Notes: generated by a model from the letters alone, not told the origin. 64,000 nt of DNA from a bacterium (GCA_035485275.1 DATHOE010000019.1:27373-91372); one strand, 5' to 3'; shown: positions 47,676 through 58,040, numbered from the stretch's first letter. A program made the numbers and translations.

Positions 47676-50006
47676 ATGGCCGAAGAAGTTGAGCCAGGCA
47701 AGGGAGCCGAAGCCGCGCCGCAGGCGCCTCTGACGCCCGAGGCCGCGCCCGCGGCGCCGTCCTGGAGCTGGTCCCTGCTGGCCCTAGCCGTGGCGGCGGT
47801 GCTGCTCACCCTGGTCGGAGTCTTCACCCTGGCCCGCCCCGTCCCCCAGACCCTGGCCTTGGGGGCCGGGCTCTTCCTGTGGGGCCTCCTCGACCTGCTG
47901 GCCCAGCGCCGCGGCCTGGGCCATTGGAAGGGCCCCAAAGCCGCCCTGGGCAACGCCGTCAACCTGACCCGCGCCCTCGCCCTGCTGGGCCTGGGCGTCT
48001 GGCTGGGCCTGATGGCCCTGGGGCTCGCCAAGCCGGCCCCCGCGCCCGTCATCATCTGGACCGGCGTGTTCCTGGTGGGCCTCTACCTGGCCGCAGCCCT
48101 GCTCATTGAAATGCTGGTGAAGGGCGTGCGCCTCGGGGCCCAGGCCTTCCTGCTGGCCTCGCTGGTGCTGATGCTCTTCTCCTACTTCTACTTCTCCATC
48201 CCCTTCATCTACGCCTGGGCCGCGGTCTTCGCGTTCCTTTCCTTCGCCGCCGCCGCCTGGGCCGTGCACAAGAACGTGCTCGTCGAGACGCCCTTCGTCG
48301 GCCTGGCCGTGCTGCTGGCGGTGCTGGTTCTGGGCGCTCCCATCAGCACCTACACCTTCCAGCAGGCCCATGAGGTCGAGGAACAGCCCCTGTTCACGCC
48401 CACCCTGCTCATCCCCCGCATGCGGCAGGTGGTCACCGGCCTCAGCGCGGAGGCCGCGCAGATCCGCTGGGCCCCGGCGCACACCCAGCCGGGCCAGCCC
48501 GGGGACGTGCGTTTCAGCGACAAAGTGGCCTTCGTGGACCAGGACAAGGGCCAAGCCTGCGTGAAGCTGTTCCAGCAGCACGAGGACGGCCTGCGAGAGA
48601 TCCTCAGGGTCAGCGCCGGCGCCGGCGTGAGCCTGAGCGCCTTCTCCACCGATGGCAGCCGCGTGGCCTACACCGATCCGGGACGCAAGTCCCCGGTCCT
48701 GCGCGTGCTGGCCCCCTCGTCCCCCTCCTCGCCCCTGGAAGCCGCGCTTCCGGCGGCGCCCGCGAGGATCCCCTTCTCCCTCAAGCATGCCCTGGAGTGG
48801 CTGGCGGACCTGGTGAGCCCCCAGCCCGCGGCCACGGCCGCGCCCGTGCCTTCCAGCGCCCCCCTGGCCTACCGTTCCATGCGCCTCTACGCGGACGTGT
48901 CCCCGGAGCCCGCTCACGGCCAGGTATGGCGCTCCATGGGCAAGCAGCTTTATTTCTCGGCCCCCGCCGGCGGCCCGCAGAACCAGGACAGCGCGGTGCT
49001 GCGCTACGATTTCCCGGGCGGGAAGCCTGAGGTGCTGATCGCCAACCGGGCCATGCCCGCGGTGTCCCCGGACGAGCGCTCGCTGCTGACCGTGGGTTAC
49101 GTGCCCAACAAGCGCAACCTGGAGATCTCCGACGTCGACAGCAAGGGCGTTGCCGGGTCGGAGCGTCCCTTCGTGGCGCTGAACGAGGCCTCGTATTTCC
49201 CGGCCTGGAACGACATCCAGACCGAGGTGCTCTTCATCGACCCGGTGACGCGCCGCCTGATGGCCATGAACTCCAACGGCAGGAACCACCGGCCCTTCGA
49301 CCCCATGGCCCTGGATTCCCACAACTGGAAGAGCGAGAAGCTGGTGCCCTTCGAGCTGAATTGGGAGGAGACCGGCGACCGCTTCAGGATCTACCGCTCG
49401 CGCCCCGACGGCAACGGCGACCACCTCATCTACGACACCGCCGGCCAGTGGATCTCGCCGCCGCAGTGGTCCGCGGACGGGAAGCGCATCGCCTTCATCA
49501 TCCGCAACCACGGCAAATCCGAGGTGGTCACGGTGGGCTCCGACGGGACCTGGCCCAGGCATTTCTTCACCACCGAGGACGCCCTGGACGAGCTGAAGTG
49601 GAGCCCGGACGGCCTGAAAGTGGCCTGGATCTGCCGCCGCCAGGACGACACCCAGGAGATCTGGACCGCCGGCTACGAGGGGCTCGACCCCGTGCGGGTC
49701 CACCAGGACGACGGCGAGCTGAAGGACCTGACCTGGTCGCCGCGGGGGAAGCACCTGGCCGTGCAGGTGACCAAGCCCTGGACCTTCCTGGGCATGCGCC
49801 TGGTCCGTCCGGCCCTGCAGAACGTGCTGATGGTGGACCTGACCGACCTGCACGCGCGGGTCATGACCCGTTACGGCATCCTGTCCCACGGCCCCGCCTT
49901 CTCGCCGCACGGGGACGCCATCGCCTACTTCACGGACCAGGACGCCTGGACCTTCGTGCCGACCCGGGAGCGCAAGACAGCCCTGGTGATTTCGCAGCTG
50001 TATTGA
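47676..50006 (+). CDS. Fusion protein: N-terminal polytopic membrane domain plus C-terminal TolB-like PD40 beta-propeller repeats
   Basis: About 7-8 helices in the first 230 aa. PD40-type repeats follow (FSTDGSRVAY, WSADGKRIAF, WSPDGLKVAW, WSPRGKHLAV, FSPHGDAIAY). GAGGAG lies upstream of the ATG. Confidence 0.7.
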   Translation: MAEEVEPGKGAEAAPQAPLTPEAAPAAPSWSWSLLALAVAAVLLTLVGVFTLARPVPQTLALGAGLFLWGLLDLLAQRRGLGHWKGPKAALGNAVNLTRALALLGLGVWLGLMALGLAKPAPAPVIIWTGVFLVGLYLAAALLIEMLVKGVRLGAQAFLLASLVLMLFSYFYFSIPFIYAWAAVFAFLSFAAAAWAVHKNVLVETPFVGLAVLLAVLVLGAPISTYTFQQAHEVEEQPLFTPTLLIPRMRQVVTGLSAEAAQIRWAPAHTQPGQPGDVRFSDKVAFVDQDKGQACVKLFQQHEDGLREILRVSAGAGVSLSAFSTDGSRVAYTDPGRKSPVLRVLAPSSPSSPLEAALPAAPARIPFSLKHALEWLADLVSPQPAATAAPVPSSAPLAYRSMRLYADVSPEPAHGQVWRSMGKQLYFSAPAGGPQNQDSAVLRYDFPGGKPEVLIANRAMPAVSPDERSLLTVGYVPNKRNLEISDVDSKGVAGSERPFVALNEASYFPAWNDIQTEVLFIDPVTRRLMAMNSNGRNHRPFDPMALDSHNWKSEKLVPFELNWEETGDRFRIYRSRPDGNGDHLIYDTAGQWISPPQWSADGKRIAFIIRNHGKSEVVTVGSDGTWPRHFFTTEDALDELKWSPDGLKVAWICRRQDDTQEIWTAGYEGLDPVRVHQDDGELKDLTWSPRGKHLAVQVTKPWTFLGMRLVRPALQNVLMVDLTDLHARVMTRYGILSHGPAFSPHGDAIAYFTDQDAWTFVPTRERKTALVISQLY

Positions 50007-50026
50007 GCCGGACAGGCTCTTTATTT
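50005..50026 (+). terminator. Weak terminator-like hairpin after the PD40 gene
   Basis: Stem GAGCC / GGCTC with a 5-nt loop, followed by TTTATTT. Confidence 0.35.
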
Positions 50027-50049
50027 CAAGGGGCGAAACCCAGAATTTC

Positions 50050-50078
50050 TTGACAGCTTCGTTTCACTCTCTTATTCT
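50050..50078 (+). promoter_or_regulatory. Putative promoter of the yceD-rpmF-plsX-fab operon, TTGACA-N17-TATTCT
   Basis: TTGACA at 50050-50055 and TATTCT at 50073-50078. Confidence 0.5.
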
Positions 50079-50117
50079 TCTGGGCCTTTGTTCCGGAAGC
50101 CGTTGAAGGGGGCATTC

Positions 50118-50621
50118 TTGTACACCGTCCGCCTGACGCGCGTTCCGGAAAACGGCGTTCTCACCCAGGAAGACGTCCGCCTGAGCTCGGCGGACCTTGG
50201 CCTGAGCGGGCATTTCGATCCGACCGGGGTGTCCAGCTCCTGGGAACTCACCAGGATGATGGGCAAGGTCTACGGCAAGATGCGGGCCGAAGGGCTGCTG
50301 CACCTGAACTGCGGGCGCTGCCTGAGGGATTTCTCGGCCCCGGCGAAGACGGAATTCGCCGTGCTCTTCGAACCGCGCCAGCGTCCCGCGGACAGGGGCA
50401 GGGGCCGGGAAGAGGCCCCTGAGGACGACGAAGACGACAGCGAGGACGCCGGCCCCACGGCGGTGTTTTTCGACGGCGAGGAACTGCCCCTGGGCGAGGA
50501 GCTGCGCCAGGAGCTGGAACTGGCGGTCCCCTACAACGCCCTGTGCAGCGGGACCTGCCGCGGCCTGTGCCCGCGCTGCGGGGCCAACCTGAACGACGGC
50601 CCCTGCGCCTGCATCAAGTAA
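50118..50621 (+). CDS. yceD: YceD/DUF177 family protein
   Basis: The C-terminal motif CSGTCRGLCPRCGANLNDGPCAC and the position before rpmF support the call. The TTG at 50118 is preferred (GAAGGGGG 5 nt upstream) over the ORF-track TTG at 50088. Confidence 0.8.
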   Translation: MYTVRLTRVPENGVLTQEDVRLSSADLGLSGHFDPTGVSSSWELTRMMGKVYGKMRAEGLLHLNCGRCLRDFSAPAKTEFAVLFEPRQRPADRGRGREEAPEDDEDDSEDAGPTAVFFDGEELPLGEELRQELELAVPYNALCSGTCRGLCPRCGANLNDGPCACIK

Positions 50622-50695
50622 AGAATGCGCGGCCCCATCTCCAGAGGGGCCGCGGATAAGCCGGCCGGACTGTCCGGACGGCAACGGAGGAAGCA

Positions 50696-50878
50696 ATGCC
50701 CAATCCAAAGAAACGCCATTCCAAGGCCCGACGGGACAAGCGTCGCGCCAATTGGAAGATTGAAGCGCCCAATTTGAGCCTGTGCCCGCAGTGCCGCCAG
50801 CCGAAGATGCCGCACCGGGTCTGCCCCACCTGCGGATTCTACAACGGCAAGGAAATCATCCCCGCTCAAGAAGCCTGA
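50696..50878 (+). CDS. rpmF: 50S ribosomal protein L32
   Basis: MPNPKKRHSKARRDKRRANWK and a zinc-ribbon CPQC...CPTCG. Confidence 0.95.
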   Translation: MPNPKKRHSKARRDKRRANWKIEAPNLSLCPQCRQPKMPHRVCPTCGFYNGKEIIPAQEA

Positions 50879-50884
50879 TAAAGC

Positions 50885-51895
50885 ATGCGCATTGCCCTTG
50901 ATGCGATGACCAGCGAACTGGGCGTCGAGGAGGCCGTGTACGGCCTTTTTGACGCCCTGGGCGCCGTCGGGGACCTCAAGGTCCTGGCCGTCGGGCAGCC
51001 CGACCGCCTGCGGCCGCTGCTGGACCGCGGTCCGGCGGCCCTGCGCGGCCGCGTCGAATTGGTCCCGGCCTCGGACGTCATCGGCATGGACGAGGAGCCC
51101 GGCGTCTCCTTCAAGGCGAAGAAGGAGGCCTCGGTGTCCGTGGCCGTGCGCCTGGTCAAGGACGGGCTCGCCGACGGCGCATGCTCCGCGGGCAACACCG
51201 GCGCCTCCATGACCGCCGCGACGCTCATCCTCGGCCGCGTGCCGGGCGTGCGCCGCCCCGCCATCTTCACGGCCCTGCCCTCCTCCAAGGGATACTGCGG
51301 CCTGCTCGACTCCGGCGCCGTGGTGGACTGCCGCCCCGAGGACCTGGTGCAGTTCGGCGTTATGGGCAGCATCTACATGCGCACGGTCATGGGCGTCTCC
51401 AACCCCCGCGTGGGCCTGCTTTCCATCGGGGAAGAGGACAAGAAGGGCAACGCCCAGACCCTGGAGACCCTGCCCCTCCTGCGCCAGGCGGACCTGAATT
51501 TCATCGGCAATGTGGAGGGGCGCGACCTCTTCAATGGCGCCTGCGACGTGGCCGTCTGCGACGGCTTCGTCGGCAACGTGGTCCTCAAGACCGCCGAAGG
51601 CATCTCCAAGCTGATCCTGACGCAGCTGCAGGAGGGCTACGCCAGCCAGGGCCCCCTGGCCAAGCTGGGCGGCCTCCTGAGCAAGCCCGTGTTCAGGGGC
51701 ATGCGGAGCCGCATGAGCCCGGACAGCGCGGGCGGCGGCCCCCTGCTCGGCGTCGGCGGCGTCTTCATCATCACCCACGGCCGTGCCAACCGGGTCATGA
51801 TCATGAACAGTTTGAGGGTCGCGGCGGAATGCGGGCGCCAGGACGTCCCGGGCCGCCTGAAGGAAGCCTTCCGTGGACTGGAGTCGGCGGCGTGA
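50885..51895 (+). CDS. plsX: Phosphate acyltransferase PlsX
   Basis: Typical PlsX sequence (MRIALDAM..., AGNTGA, GFVGNVVLKT) and operon position. Confidence 0.95.
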   Translation: MRIALDAMTSELGVEEAVYGLFDALGAVGDLKVLAVGQPDRLRPLLDRGPAALRGRVELVPASDVIGMDEEPGVSFKAKKEASVSVAVRLVKDGLADGACSAGNTGASMTAATLILGRVPGVRRPAIFTALPSSKGYCGLLDSGAVVDCRPEDLVQFGVMGSIYMRTVMGVSNPRVGLLSIGEEDKKGNAQTLETLPLLRQADLNFIGNVEGRDLFNGACDVAVCDGFVGNVVLKTAEGISKLILTQLQEGYASQGPLAKLGGLLSKPVFRGMRSRMSPDSAGGGPLLGVGGVFIITHGRANRVMIMNSLRVAAECGRQDVPGRLKEAFRGLESAA

Positions 51896-52878
51896 CGCGT
51901 CCCATAGCATCCATCCTCGGCACCGGCCGTTTCCTGCCCGCCAACGTCGTCACCAACGCGGACCTGGAAAAGCGCATCGACACCAGCGACGAGTGGATCC
52001 GCTCCCGCACCGGCATCCGGGCCCGCCGTATCGCCGGGCCCGGCGAGCTGCCCTCGGACATGGCCACTGAGGCCGCGAAACAGGCGCTGGCCAAGGCCGG
52101 CGTCGCGGCCGGCCAACTGGACGCCATCATCACCGCCACCTTGACGCCGGATTACCCCTTTCCGGCCACGGCCTGCGTGGTGCAGCACAAGCTGGGCGCG
52201 ACCAAGGCCTTCACCTTCGACCTGCAGGCCGCCTGTTCCGGCTTCATCTACGGCCTGGCCGTGGCCGAGGGCCTGATCGCCTCGGGCGCCGCCCGCTACG
52301 TCCTGGTGTGCGGCTCCGAGAAGCTCAGCACCATCACCGACTGGCAGGACCGCAACACCTGCGTCCTCTTCGGCGACGGCGCGGGCGCCGCGGTGCTTGG
52401 ACCTGCCACGGACAAGGGCCGCATCATGAGCCTGTACCTGGGCGCCGACGGGAGCATGGTCCCCAAGCTCCTGCAGCCGGCCGGCGGTTCGGCCATGCCG
52501 GCTGACGCCGAGAGCGTGGCCAAGCGCATGCACTTCCTGAAGATGGACGGCAAAGAGGTCTTCAAGTTCGCGGTGCGGATCATGGGCGAGGCCTCGGCCG
52601 AGGCCCTGAAGCGTGCCGGCTGGGAGGCCAAGGACATCGCCCTGTTCATCCCCCACCAGGCCAACCTGCGCATCATCGAGTCGGCGGCGAAATACATGGA
52701 GCTGCCCATGGAACGGGTCTTCGTCAACCTGGACCAGTACGGCAACACCTCCGCCGCCAGCGTGGCCATAGCCCTGGACGAAGCCCAGGAGCAGGGGCGC
52801 CTGAAGCACGGCGACAAGACCGTGATGGTGGCCTTCGGAGCGGGCCTGACCTGGGCCTCCTGCGCCATCCAATGGTGA
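51892..52878 (+). CDS. fabH: 3-oxoacyl-ACP synthase III
   Basis: The GTG start overlaps the plsX stop (GTGA). Motifs NADLEKRIDTSDEWIRSRTGI, AACSGF, HQANLRI and GNTSAAS. Confidence 0.95.
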   Translation: MTRPIASILGTGRFLPANVVTNADLEKRIDTSDEWIRSRTGIRARRIAGPGELPSDMATEAAKQALAKAGVAAGQLDAIITATLTPDYPFPATACVVQHKLGATKAFTFDLQAACSGFIYGLAVAEGLIASGAARYVLVCGSEKLSTITDWQDRNTCVLFGDGAGAAVLGPATDKGRIMSLYLGADGSMVPKLLQPAGGSAMPADAESVAKRMHFLKMDGKEVFKFAVRIMGEASAEALKRAGWEAKDIALFIPHQANLRIIESAAKYMELPMERVFVNLDQYGNTSAASVAIALDEAQEQGRLKHGDKTVMVAFGAGLTWASCAIQW

Positions 52879-53810
52879 AGACGGCGGTCCTCTTCCCGGG
52901 CCAGGGCAGCCAGTGCGTGGGCATGGCCGCGGAACTGTTCGCGCAAAGGCCCGAGGCCAGGGAAGTGCTGGACCAGGTGGACTTGGCCCTGGGCCGCGGC
53001 CTGCTTGAGCTCATGTTCAAGGGCCCCGAGGAGGGGCTCAAGGAAACCTTCAACACCCAGCCGGCCCTGTACGCCGCGGGCTTGGCCTCCTGGGCCTGCC
53101 TGCGCAAAGAGGGCGTGGAAGCGGACGCCTTCGTGGGCCACAGCCTGGGCGAATACTGCGCCCTGCAGGCCGCCGGGGTCTTCAGCTTCGTGGACGGGCT
53201 GAAGCTGGTCCAGGCGCGGGCCGCGGCCATGACCAGGGCCGCCCAGGCCGCGCCCGGCACCATGGCCGCGGTCCTGAAGCTGGACGACGCCGTGGTGGAG
53301 GAGGCCTGCCGCGAAGCCTCCCAAAGCGGGCCGGTGGGCGCGGCGAACTACAACTCCCCGGGCCAGGTGGTCATCAGCGGAAGCCGCGAGGGCGTGGAAA
53401 AAGCCATGCAGCTGTGCAAGGACAAGGGCGGCCGCTGCCTGCCCCTGGCGGTGAGCGGGGCCTTCCACAGCGCCGCCATGGAGCCGGCGGGCCTGGAGCT
53501 CAAGGCGGCCTTCGCCCAGGCCCTCTGGGCGGACGCCCGGGCCCTGGTGCTGGCGAACGTGAACGCCCTCCCTCAAGTCGGCGTGGCCGCGATCCAGGCC
53601 AACCTGGTGGCCCAGGTCAGCGGGCCGGTGCGCTGGACCCAGAGCATCCTGGAACTGAAGGCCCTGGGCTTCGGCCGCTACATCGAGGCCGGGCCGGGCA
53701 AGGTCCTGGCGGGCCTGGTGAAAAAAATCGATCCGGAGGCCCAGGTGTGCAGCGTGGGCGACGTGGCCGGTCTGGAAGCGGCGCTGCCGCTTTTGACGGG
53801 GAAGGCGTGA
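52872..53810 (+). CDS. fabD: Malonyl CoA-ACP transacylase
   Basis: Motifs FPGQGSQ, GHSLGEY and AFHS. Confidence 0.95.
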   Translation: MVKTAVLFPGQGSQCVGMAAELFAQRPEAREVLDQVDLALGRGLLELMFKGPEEGLKETFNTQPALYAAGLASWACLRKEGVEADAFVGHSLGEYCALQAAGVFSFVDGLKLVQARAAAMTRAAQAAPGTMAAVLKLDDAVVEEACREASQSGPVGAANYNSPGQVVISGSREGVEKAMQLCKDKGGRCLPLAVSGAFHSAAMEPAGLELKAAFAQALWADARALVLANVNALPQVGVAAIQANLVAQVSGPVRWTQSILELKALGFGRYIEAGPGKVLAGLVKKIDPEAQVCSVGDVAGLEAALPLLTGKA

Positions 53811-53812
53811 GC

Positions 53813-54568
53813 ATGGGCGTTGGAGACGGACTCAAGGACAAGGTGGCCCTGGTCACCGGCGGCACGCAGGGGATCGGCTACGCGGTGGCGGAGGACTTCC
53901 TGCGCCTGGGAGCCGTGGTCGCCATCACCGGCCGCGACAAGGCCCGTGCGGCCGCCGCGGCCGAAACCCTGGGCAAGGCCACCGGCGGACTCTGCCTGGG
54001 CTTCGGGGCGGACGTGGCCAAGGCCTCGGAGGTCGAAAGCCTTTTTTCGGAAATGCTTGACAGCACAAAAAGGCTCGATATCTTGGTGAACAACGCCGGC
54101 ATCGCCAAGGACGGCCTGCTGATGCGCATGGCCGAGGAGGACTGGGACGCGGTCCTGGACACGAACCTGAAGGGCGCTTTTCTCTGCTCCAAGGCCGCCT
54201 GCCGCCCCTTGCTCAAGGCCAAGGGGGGAAGTATCATCAGCGTCTCCAGCGTGGTGGGCGTGGCCGGCAACCCCGGGCAGGCGAACTACGCGGCCAGCAA
54301 GGCCGGCCTGATCGGCTTCTCCAAGAGCCTGGCCAAGGAACTGGCCTCGCGGGCGGTGCGGGTCAACGTGGTGGCCCCCGGCTTCATCGACACGGCCATG
54401 ACCGCGCAGCTGAGCGAGGAAGCGCGCCAGGGCCTGCTGGCCCAGATACCCCTGGGGCGCTTCGCGGAAGTGCACGAAGTGGCCTCGGTCTGCAGTTTCC
54501 TCGCCGGCGACCGGTCCCGGTACATCACCGGCCAGGTGATCCGGGTCGACGGCGGGATGATGATGTGA
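53813..54568 (+). CDS. fabG: 3-oxoacyl-ACP reductase
   Basis: SDR motifs TGGTQGIG, NNAG and YAASKAG, plus operon position. Confidence 0.93.
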   Translation: MGVGDGLKDKVALVTGGTQGIGYAVAEDFLRLGAVVAITGRDKARAAAAAETLGKATGGLCLGFGADVAKASEVESLFSEMLDSTKRLDILVNNAGIAKDGLLMRMAEEDWDAVLDTNLKGAFLCSKAACRPLLKAKGGSIISVSSVVGVAGNPGQANYAASKAGLIGFSKSLAKELASRAVRVNVVAPGFIDTAMTAQLSEEARQGLLAQIPLGRFAEVHEVASVCSFLAGDRSRYITGQVIRVDGGMMM

Positions 54569-54601
54569 GTTTTGAACGGTTTTCAACCTGAACCAAAGGA
54601 G

Positions 54602-54847
54602 ATGAGCGTGGCGATTGAAGACAAGGTCAAGGAAATCATTGTTGAGCAGCTCGGCGTCGACGCGGCGCAGGTGAACCCCGATGCCTCGTTCATCGACGAT
54701 TTGGGCGCGGATTCCCTGGACACCGTCGAGCTGGTGATGGCGTTCGAGGAGGAGTTCAACATCGAAATCCCGGATGAGGCCGCCGAAAAGATCAAGAAGG
54801 TCGGCGACGCCATCGACTACATCAAAGCCAACGCCAAGCAGGCCTAG
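54602..54847 (+). CDS. acpP: Acyl carrier protein
   Basis: ATG after AAAGGAG. The phosphopantetheine site is [13 protein letters not shown]. Confidence 0.97.
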   Translation: MSVAIEDKVKEIIVEQLGVDAAQVNPDASFIDDLGADSLDTVELVMAFEEEFNIEIPDEAAEKIKKVGDAIDYIKANAKQA

Positions 54848-54867
54848 GCTTCGACCCCGGGACAAGG

Positions 54868-54922
54868 ACGCAACGCCGAAGGGTCTGTAGGCCCTCAGGC
54901 GTTGCGTTTTGTGTTTTTTTTT
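54868..54922 (+). terminator. Rho-independent terminator or attenuator after acpP
   Basis: 10-bp stem ACGCAACGCC / GGCGTTGCGT, followed by TTTTGTGTTTTTTTTT. Confidence 0.8.
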
Positions 54923-54942
54923 AGCCAAGCCAAAGGACAAGC

Positions 54943-56196
54943 ATGCGACGCCGAGTTGTGGTGACGGGCCTGGGGGCGGTGACCCCCCTGGGCAACGATG
55001 TCGAAACGTTTTTCCAGGGGCTGCTTGAAGGCCGCAGCGGCATCGGCCCCATCACGCGCTGGGACCCCAGCCGGCACACCACCCATATCGCCGGCATGGT
55101 CAAGGACTTCAGCCTCGACCCGGCCGTGGCGGACAAGAAGGACGCCCGCCGCATGGACTGGTTCGTGCAGTTCGCCATGGCGTCCACCCAGCAGGCGCTT
55201 GCGGACGCGGGGCTCTCCGACCTCTCCAAGCTCGACCTGGAGCGCTTCGGCGTCCTGATCGGCAGCGGCATCGGCGGCCTGGGCGTGATCGAGGAGCAGG
55301 TGGCCATCCTGCTGGAGAAGGGCCCCTCGCGGGTCAGCCCCTTCCTCATCCCCATGCTGATCGTCAACATGGCCTCGGGCCAGGTGGCCATACGCTGGGG
55401 CTTCCAGGGCCCCAACAGCGCCGTGGCCACGGCCTGCGCCACGGGCAACCACGCCCTGGGCGACGCGGCCGAGATCATCCGGCGCGGAGCCGCGGACCTC
55501 ATGGTCGCCGGCGGCACCGAAGGCGCCATCACCCCCTTAGGGCTCGCCGGCTTCTGCTCGGCCCGGGCCCTGAGCACCCGCAACAACGAGCCCACCCGCG
55601 CCAGCCGCCCCTTTGACAAGGAGCGCGACGGCTTCGTCATGGGCGAAGGCTGCGGCCTGCTGATTTTGGAGGAGCTGGAGCACGCCAAGGCCCGCGGCGC
55701 CCGCATCTACGCCGAGGTCCTGGGATACGGCATGTCCGAGGACGCCAACCACATCACCGCCCCGCCCGAGGACGGCAACGGCGCCATGCGCGCCATGCAG
55801 GCCGCGCTCAAGGACGCGGAGGTCCCGGCGGACTCCATCGACTACGTCAACGCCCACGGCACCAGCACCCCGGCCGGGGACAAGGCCGAGACACTGGCCA
55901 TGAAGCGCGTCTTCGGCGCCCACGCCACGGACAGGAAGCTGTGGATCAGCTCCACCAAGAGCATGACCGGGCACCTGCTGGGCGCGGCCGGCGGCATCGA
56001 GGCCGTGGCCTGCGTGAAGATGATGCAGAGCGGCAAGGTGCACCCCACCGTGAACCTGGAGAACCCCGACCCGGACTGCGACCTGGACTACGTCGCCAAC
56101 GCCACCCGGGAGCGGAAACTCAAGCGCGTCATGAGCAACGGCTTCGGCTTCGGCGGCGTCAACGCCAGCCTGGTCTTTGGGTCCTTCGAGGGCTGA
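54943..56196 (+). CDS. fabF: 3-oxoacyl-ACP synthase II
   Basis: Motifs [23 protein letters not shown] and GHLLGAAG. Confidence 0.95.
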   Translation: MRRRVVVTGLGAVTPLGNDVETFFQGLLEGRSGIGPITRWDPSRHTTHIAGMVKDFSLDPAVADKKDARRMDWFVQFAMASTQQALADAGLSDLSKLDLERFGVLIGSGIGGLGVIEEQVAILLEKGPSRVSPFLIPMLIVNMASGQVAIRWGFQGPNSAVATACATGNHALGDAAEIIRRGAADLMVAGGTEGAITPLGLAGFCSARALSTRNNEPTRASRPFDKERDGFVMGEGCGLLILEELEHAKARGARIYAEVLGYGMSEDANHITAPPEDGNGAMRAMQAALKDAEVPADSIDYVNAHGTSTPAGDKAETLAMKRVFGAHATDRKLWISSTKSMTGHLLGAAGGIEAVACVKMMQSGKVHPTVNLENPDPDCDLDYVANATRERKLKRVMSNGFGFGGVNASLVFGSFEG

Positions 56197-56203
56197 GAGG
56201 GAG

Positions 56204-56908
56204 ATGGCGGCCAAAATCCGTTCGGCCATGGAACTGTGCTCGGCGCTGGGTTTCGTCCCCAGGAACGCCGCGGTCTACGAACAGGCCCTGGTCCACCGCA
56301 GCCTCCTGAACGAAACCGGCCAGACCCTCGACAGCAACGAACGCCTGGAGTTCCTGGGCGACTCGGTGCTCGGCCTGGTGGTGGCCCGCTTCCTCTTCGA
56401 GAATTTCCCGGACCTGAGCGAAGGCCAGCTGGCCCGCAGGAAGAGCCAGCTCGTCAGCACCTCCATGCTGGCGGAATGGGCGCGGGGCATAGACCTCGGA
56501 TCCTGCCTGCGCCTGGGCAAGGGCGAACAGCTCAGCGGCGGAAGCGCCAAGGAGACCCTGCTGGCCGACGGCTTCGAGGCCTGGCTGGGCGCCATCTACG
56601 TGGACCACGGCTTCAAGGCCGCGGAAAGCTTTGTCCTGGGCTTCCTCAAGGACCAGGCCGCGGCCAGCGCGGCCGGCCGCCTGGCGGACAGCAAGAGCCG
56701 CCTCCAGGAATTCACCCAGAAGCTCTACAAGCGGCCGCCCCTCTACCGGGTCAGCGGAACCTCGGGCCCGGACCACGAAAAGGTCTTCGAGGTGGAGGTC
56801 GTGATCGAGGGCAAGGTTCTGGCCCGAGGCAAAGGGAAGAACAAGAAAGAGGCCGAGCAGCAGGGGGCCGACGCGGCCCTGGCGATTATCGAAAGCAAAC
56901 GCCCTTGA
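56204..56908 (+). CDS. rnc: Ribonuclease III
   Basis: ATG after GAGGGAG. It has the signature ERLEFLGDSVLG and a C-terminal dsRBD (GKGKNKKEAEQQGA). Confidence 0.95.
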   Translation: MAAKIRSAMELCSALGFVPRNAAVYEQALVHRSLLNETGQTLDSNERLEFLGDSVLGLVVARFLFENFPDLSEGQLARRKSQLVSTSMLAEWARGIDLGSCLRLGKGEQLSGGSAKETLLADGFEAWLGAIYVDHGFKAAESFVLGFLKDQAAASAAGRLADSKSRLQEFTQKLYKRPPLYRVSGTSGPDHEKVFEVEVVIEGKVLARGKGKNKKEAEQQGADAALAIIESKRP

Positions 56909-56932
56909 TTTTGATGGGCTTTGTGGTATTAT
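56905..56932 (+). promoter_or_regulatory. Putative nuo operon promoter, TTGATT-N16-TATTAT with an extended TG
   Basis: TTGATT at 56905-56910 (overlapping the rnc stop), TGg at 56924-56926 and TATTAT at 56927-56932. Confidence 0.45.
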
Positions 56933-56992
56933 TCCGCTTCCCGACTTTGAGAAATATTTCACAAAGTGCGGTTTTCCACCGGAGACGAGTCC

Positions 56993-57466
56993 ATGGCGGG
57001 TGATCCACTCCAAGAAGTAGTGCTTACCACCAAGTTGGACAAGGTCCTTGGCTGGGCCCGTAAATACTCCCTTTTTCAATACCCTTTCGTGACGGCCTGC
57101 TGCGGCATGGAGTTCATGTCGACCTCGGCCAGCCACTACGACACCGACCGCTTCGGCGCCGCTTTCCCGCGTTTCTCCCCGCGCCAGGCCGACCTCCTGA
57201 TGGTGGTGGGCACCATCACCCACAAGCAGGCCCCCATCCTGAAGCGCGTCTACGACCAGATGTGCGAGCCCAAGTGGGTGGTCGCTTTCGGCGTGTGCGC
57301 CACCTCGGGCGGCTTCTACCAGAATTACGGCTCGGTGCCCGGCATCGACTGCTTCCTGCCCGTGGACATGTACATCCCCGGCTGCCCGCCCCGCCCCGAG
57401 ACCGTGATCGACGCCTTGTTGAAGCTGCAGGAGCGCATCCAGAACCAGCGCCACGCGGTGTTGTGA
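56993..57466 (+). CDS. nuoB: NADH-quinone oxidoreductase subunit B
   Basis: Motifs ACCGMEFM, GVCATSGG and PGCPPRPE (N2 cluster ligands). Confidence 0.95.
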   Translation: MAGDPLQEVVLTTKLDKVLGWARKYSLFQYPFVTACCGMEFMSTSASHYDTDRFGAAFPRFSPRQADLLMVVGTITHKQAPILKRVYDQMCEPKWVVAFGVCATSGGFYQNYGSVPGIDCFLPVDMYIPGCPPRPETVIDALLKLQERIQNQRHAVL

Positions 57467-58038
57467 TGCCCAAGAACAGCGCCTCCCCCCTTTATGACGT
57501 GCTCAAGCCCGTCTTCGGCGACAAGATCGAGGCCCGCCAGGAGCTCAAGGGCCGGGAAGCCCTGCGGGTCAGCCCCGCGGCGCTCCTCGAGGTCGTCCGC
57601 CACCTGAAGAACAGCCTGGGTTTCGACTTCCTCATGGACCTGTCCGGGGCGGATTACAGCGGCTATCCGGGCCACCAGGGCGACCCCCTCTGCGTCAGCT
57701 ACCAGCTTTTCGGCGCCACGACCCGCGCGCGGGCCTGGCTGAAGGTCTACCTGCCCCTGGAAGGGGCCATGGTGGACAGCCTGAGCCACGAATTCGCCTG
57801 CGCCAACTGGTATGAGCGCGAATGCTGGGACATGTTCGGGGTGCATTTCAAGGGCCATCCGAACCTGAAGCGCCTGCTTCTGTACGAAGAATTCGTGGGG
57901 CACCCCCTGCGCAAGGACTACCCCATCATGCGCATGCAGCCCCTGATACCGATGAGGAACGCGGTCGACTACGAGTCCGTCGCCGTGGCCCGCCGCAAGG
58001 AGGCTGAAGAGGCCTCCGCGCCCAAGGCGGGGAACTAG
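57466..58038 (+). CDS. nuoC: NADH-quinone oxidoreductase subunit C
   Basis: The ATG overlaps the nuoB stop (TGATG). The motif ERECWDMFGVHFKGHPNLKRLL is present. Confidence 0.93.
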   Translation: MPKNSASPLYDVLKPVFGDKIEARQELKGREALRVSPAALLEVVRHLKNSLGFDFLMDLSGADYSGYPGHQGDPLCVSYQLFGATTRARAWLKVYLPLEGAMVDSLSHEFACANWYERECWDMFGVHFKGHPNLKRLLLYEEFVGHPLRKDYPIMRMQPLIPMRNAVDYESVAVARRKEAEEASAPKAGN

Positions 58039-58040
58039 CC

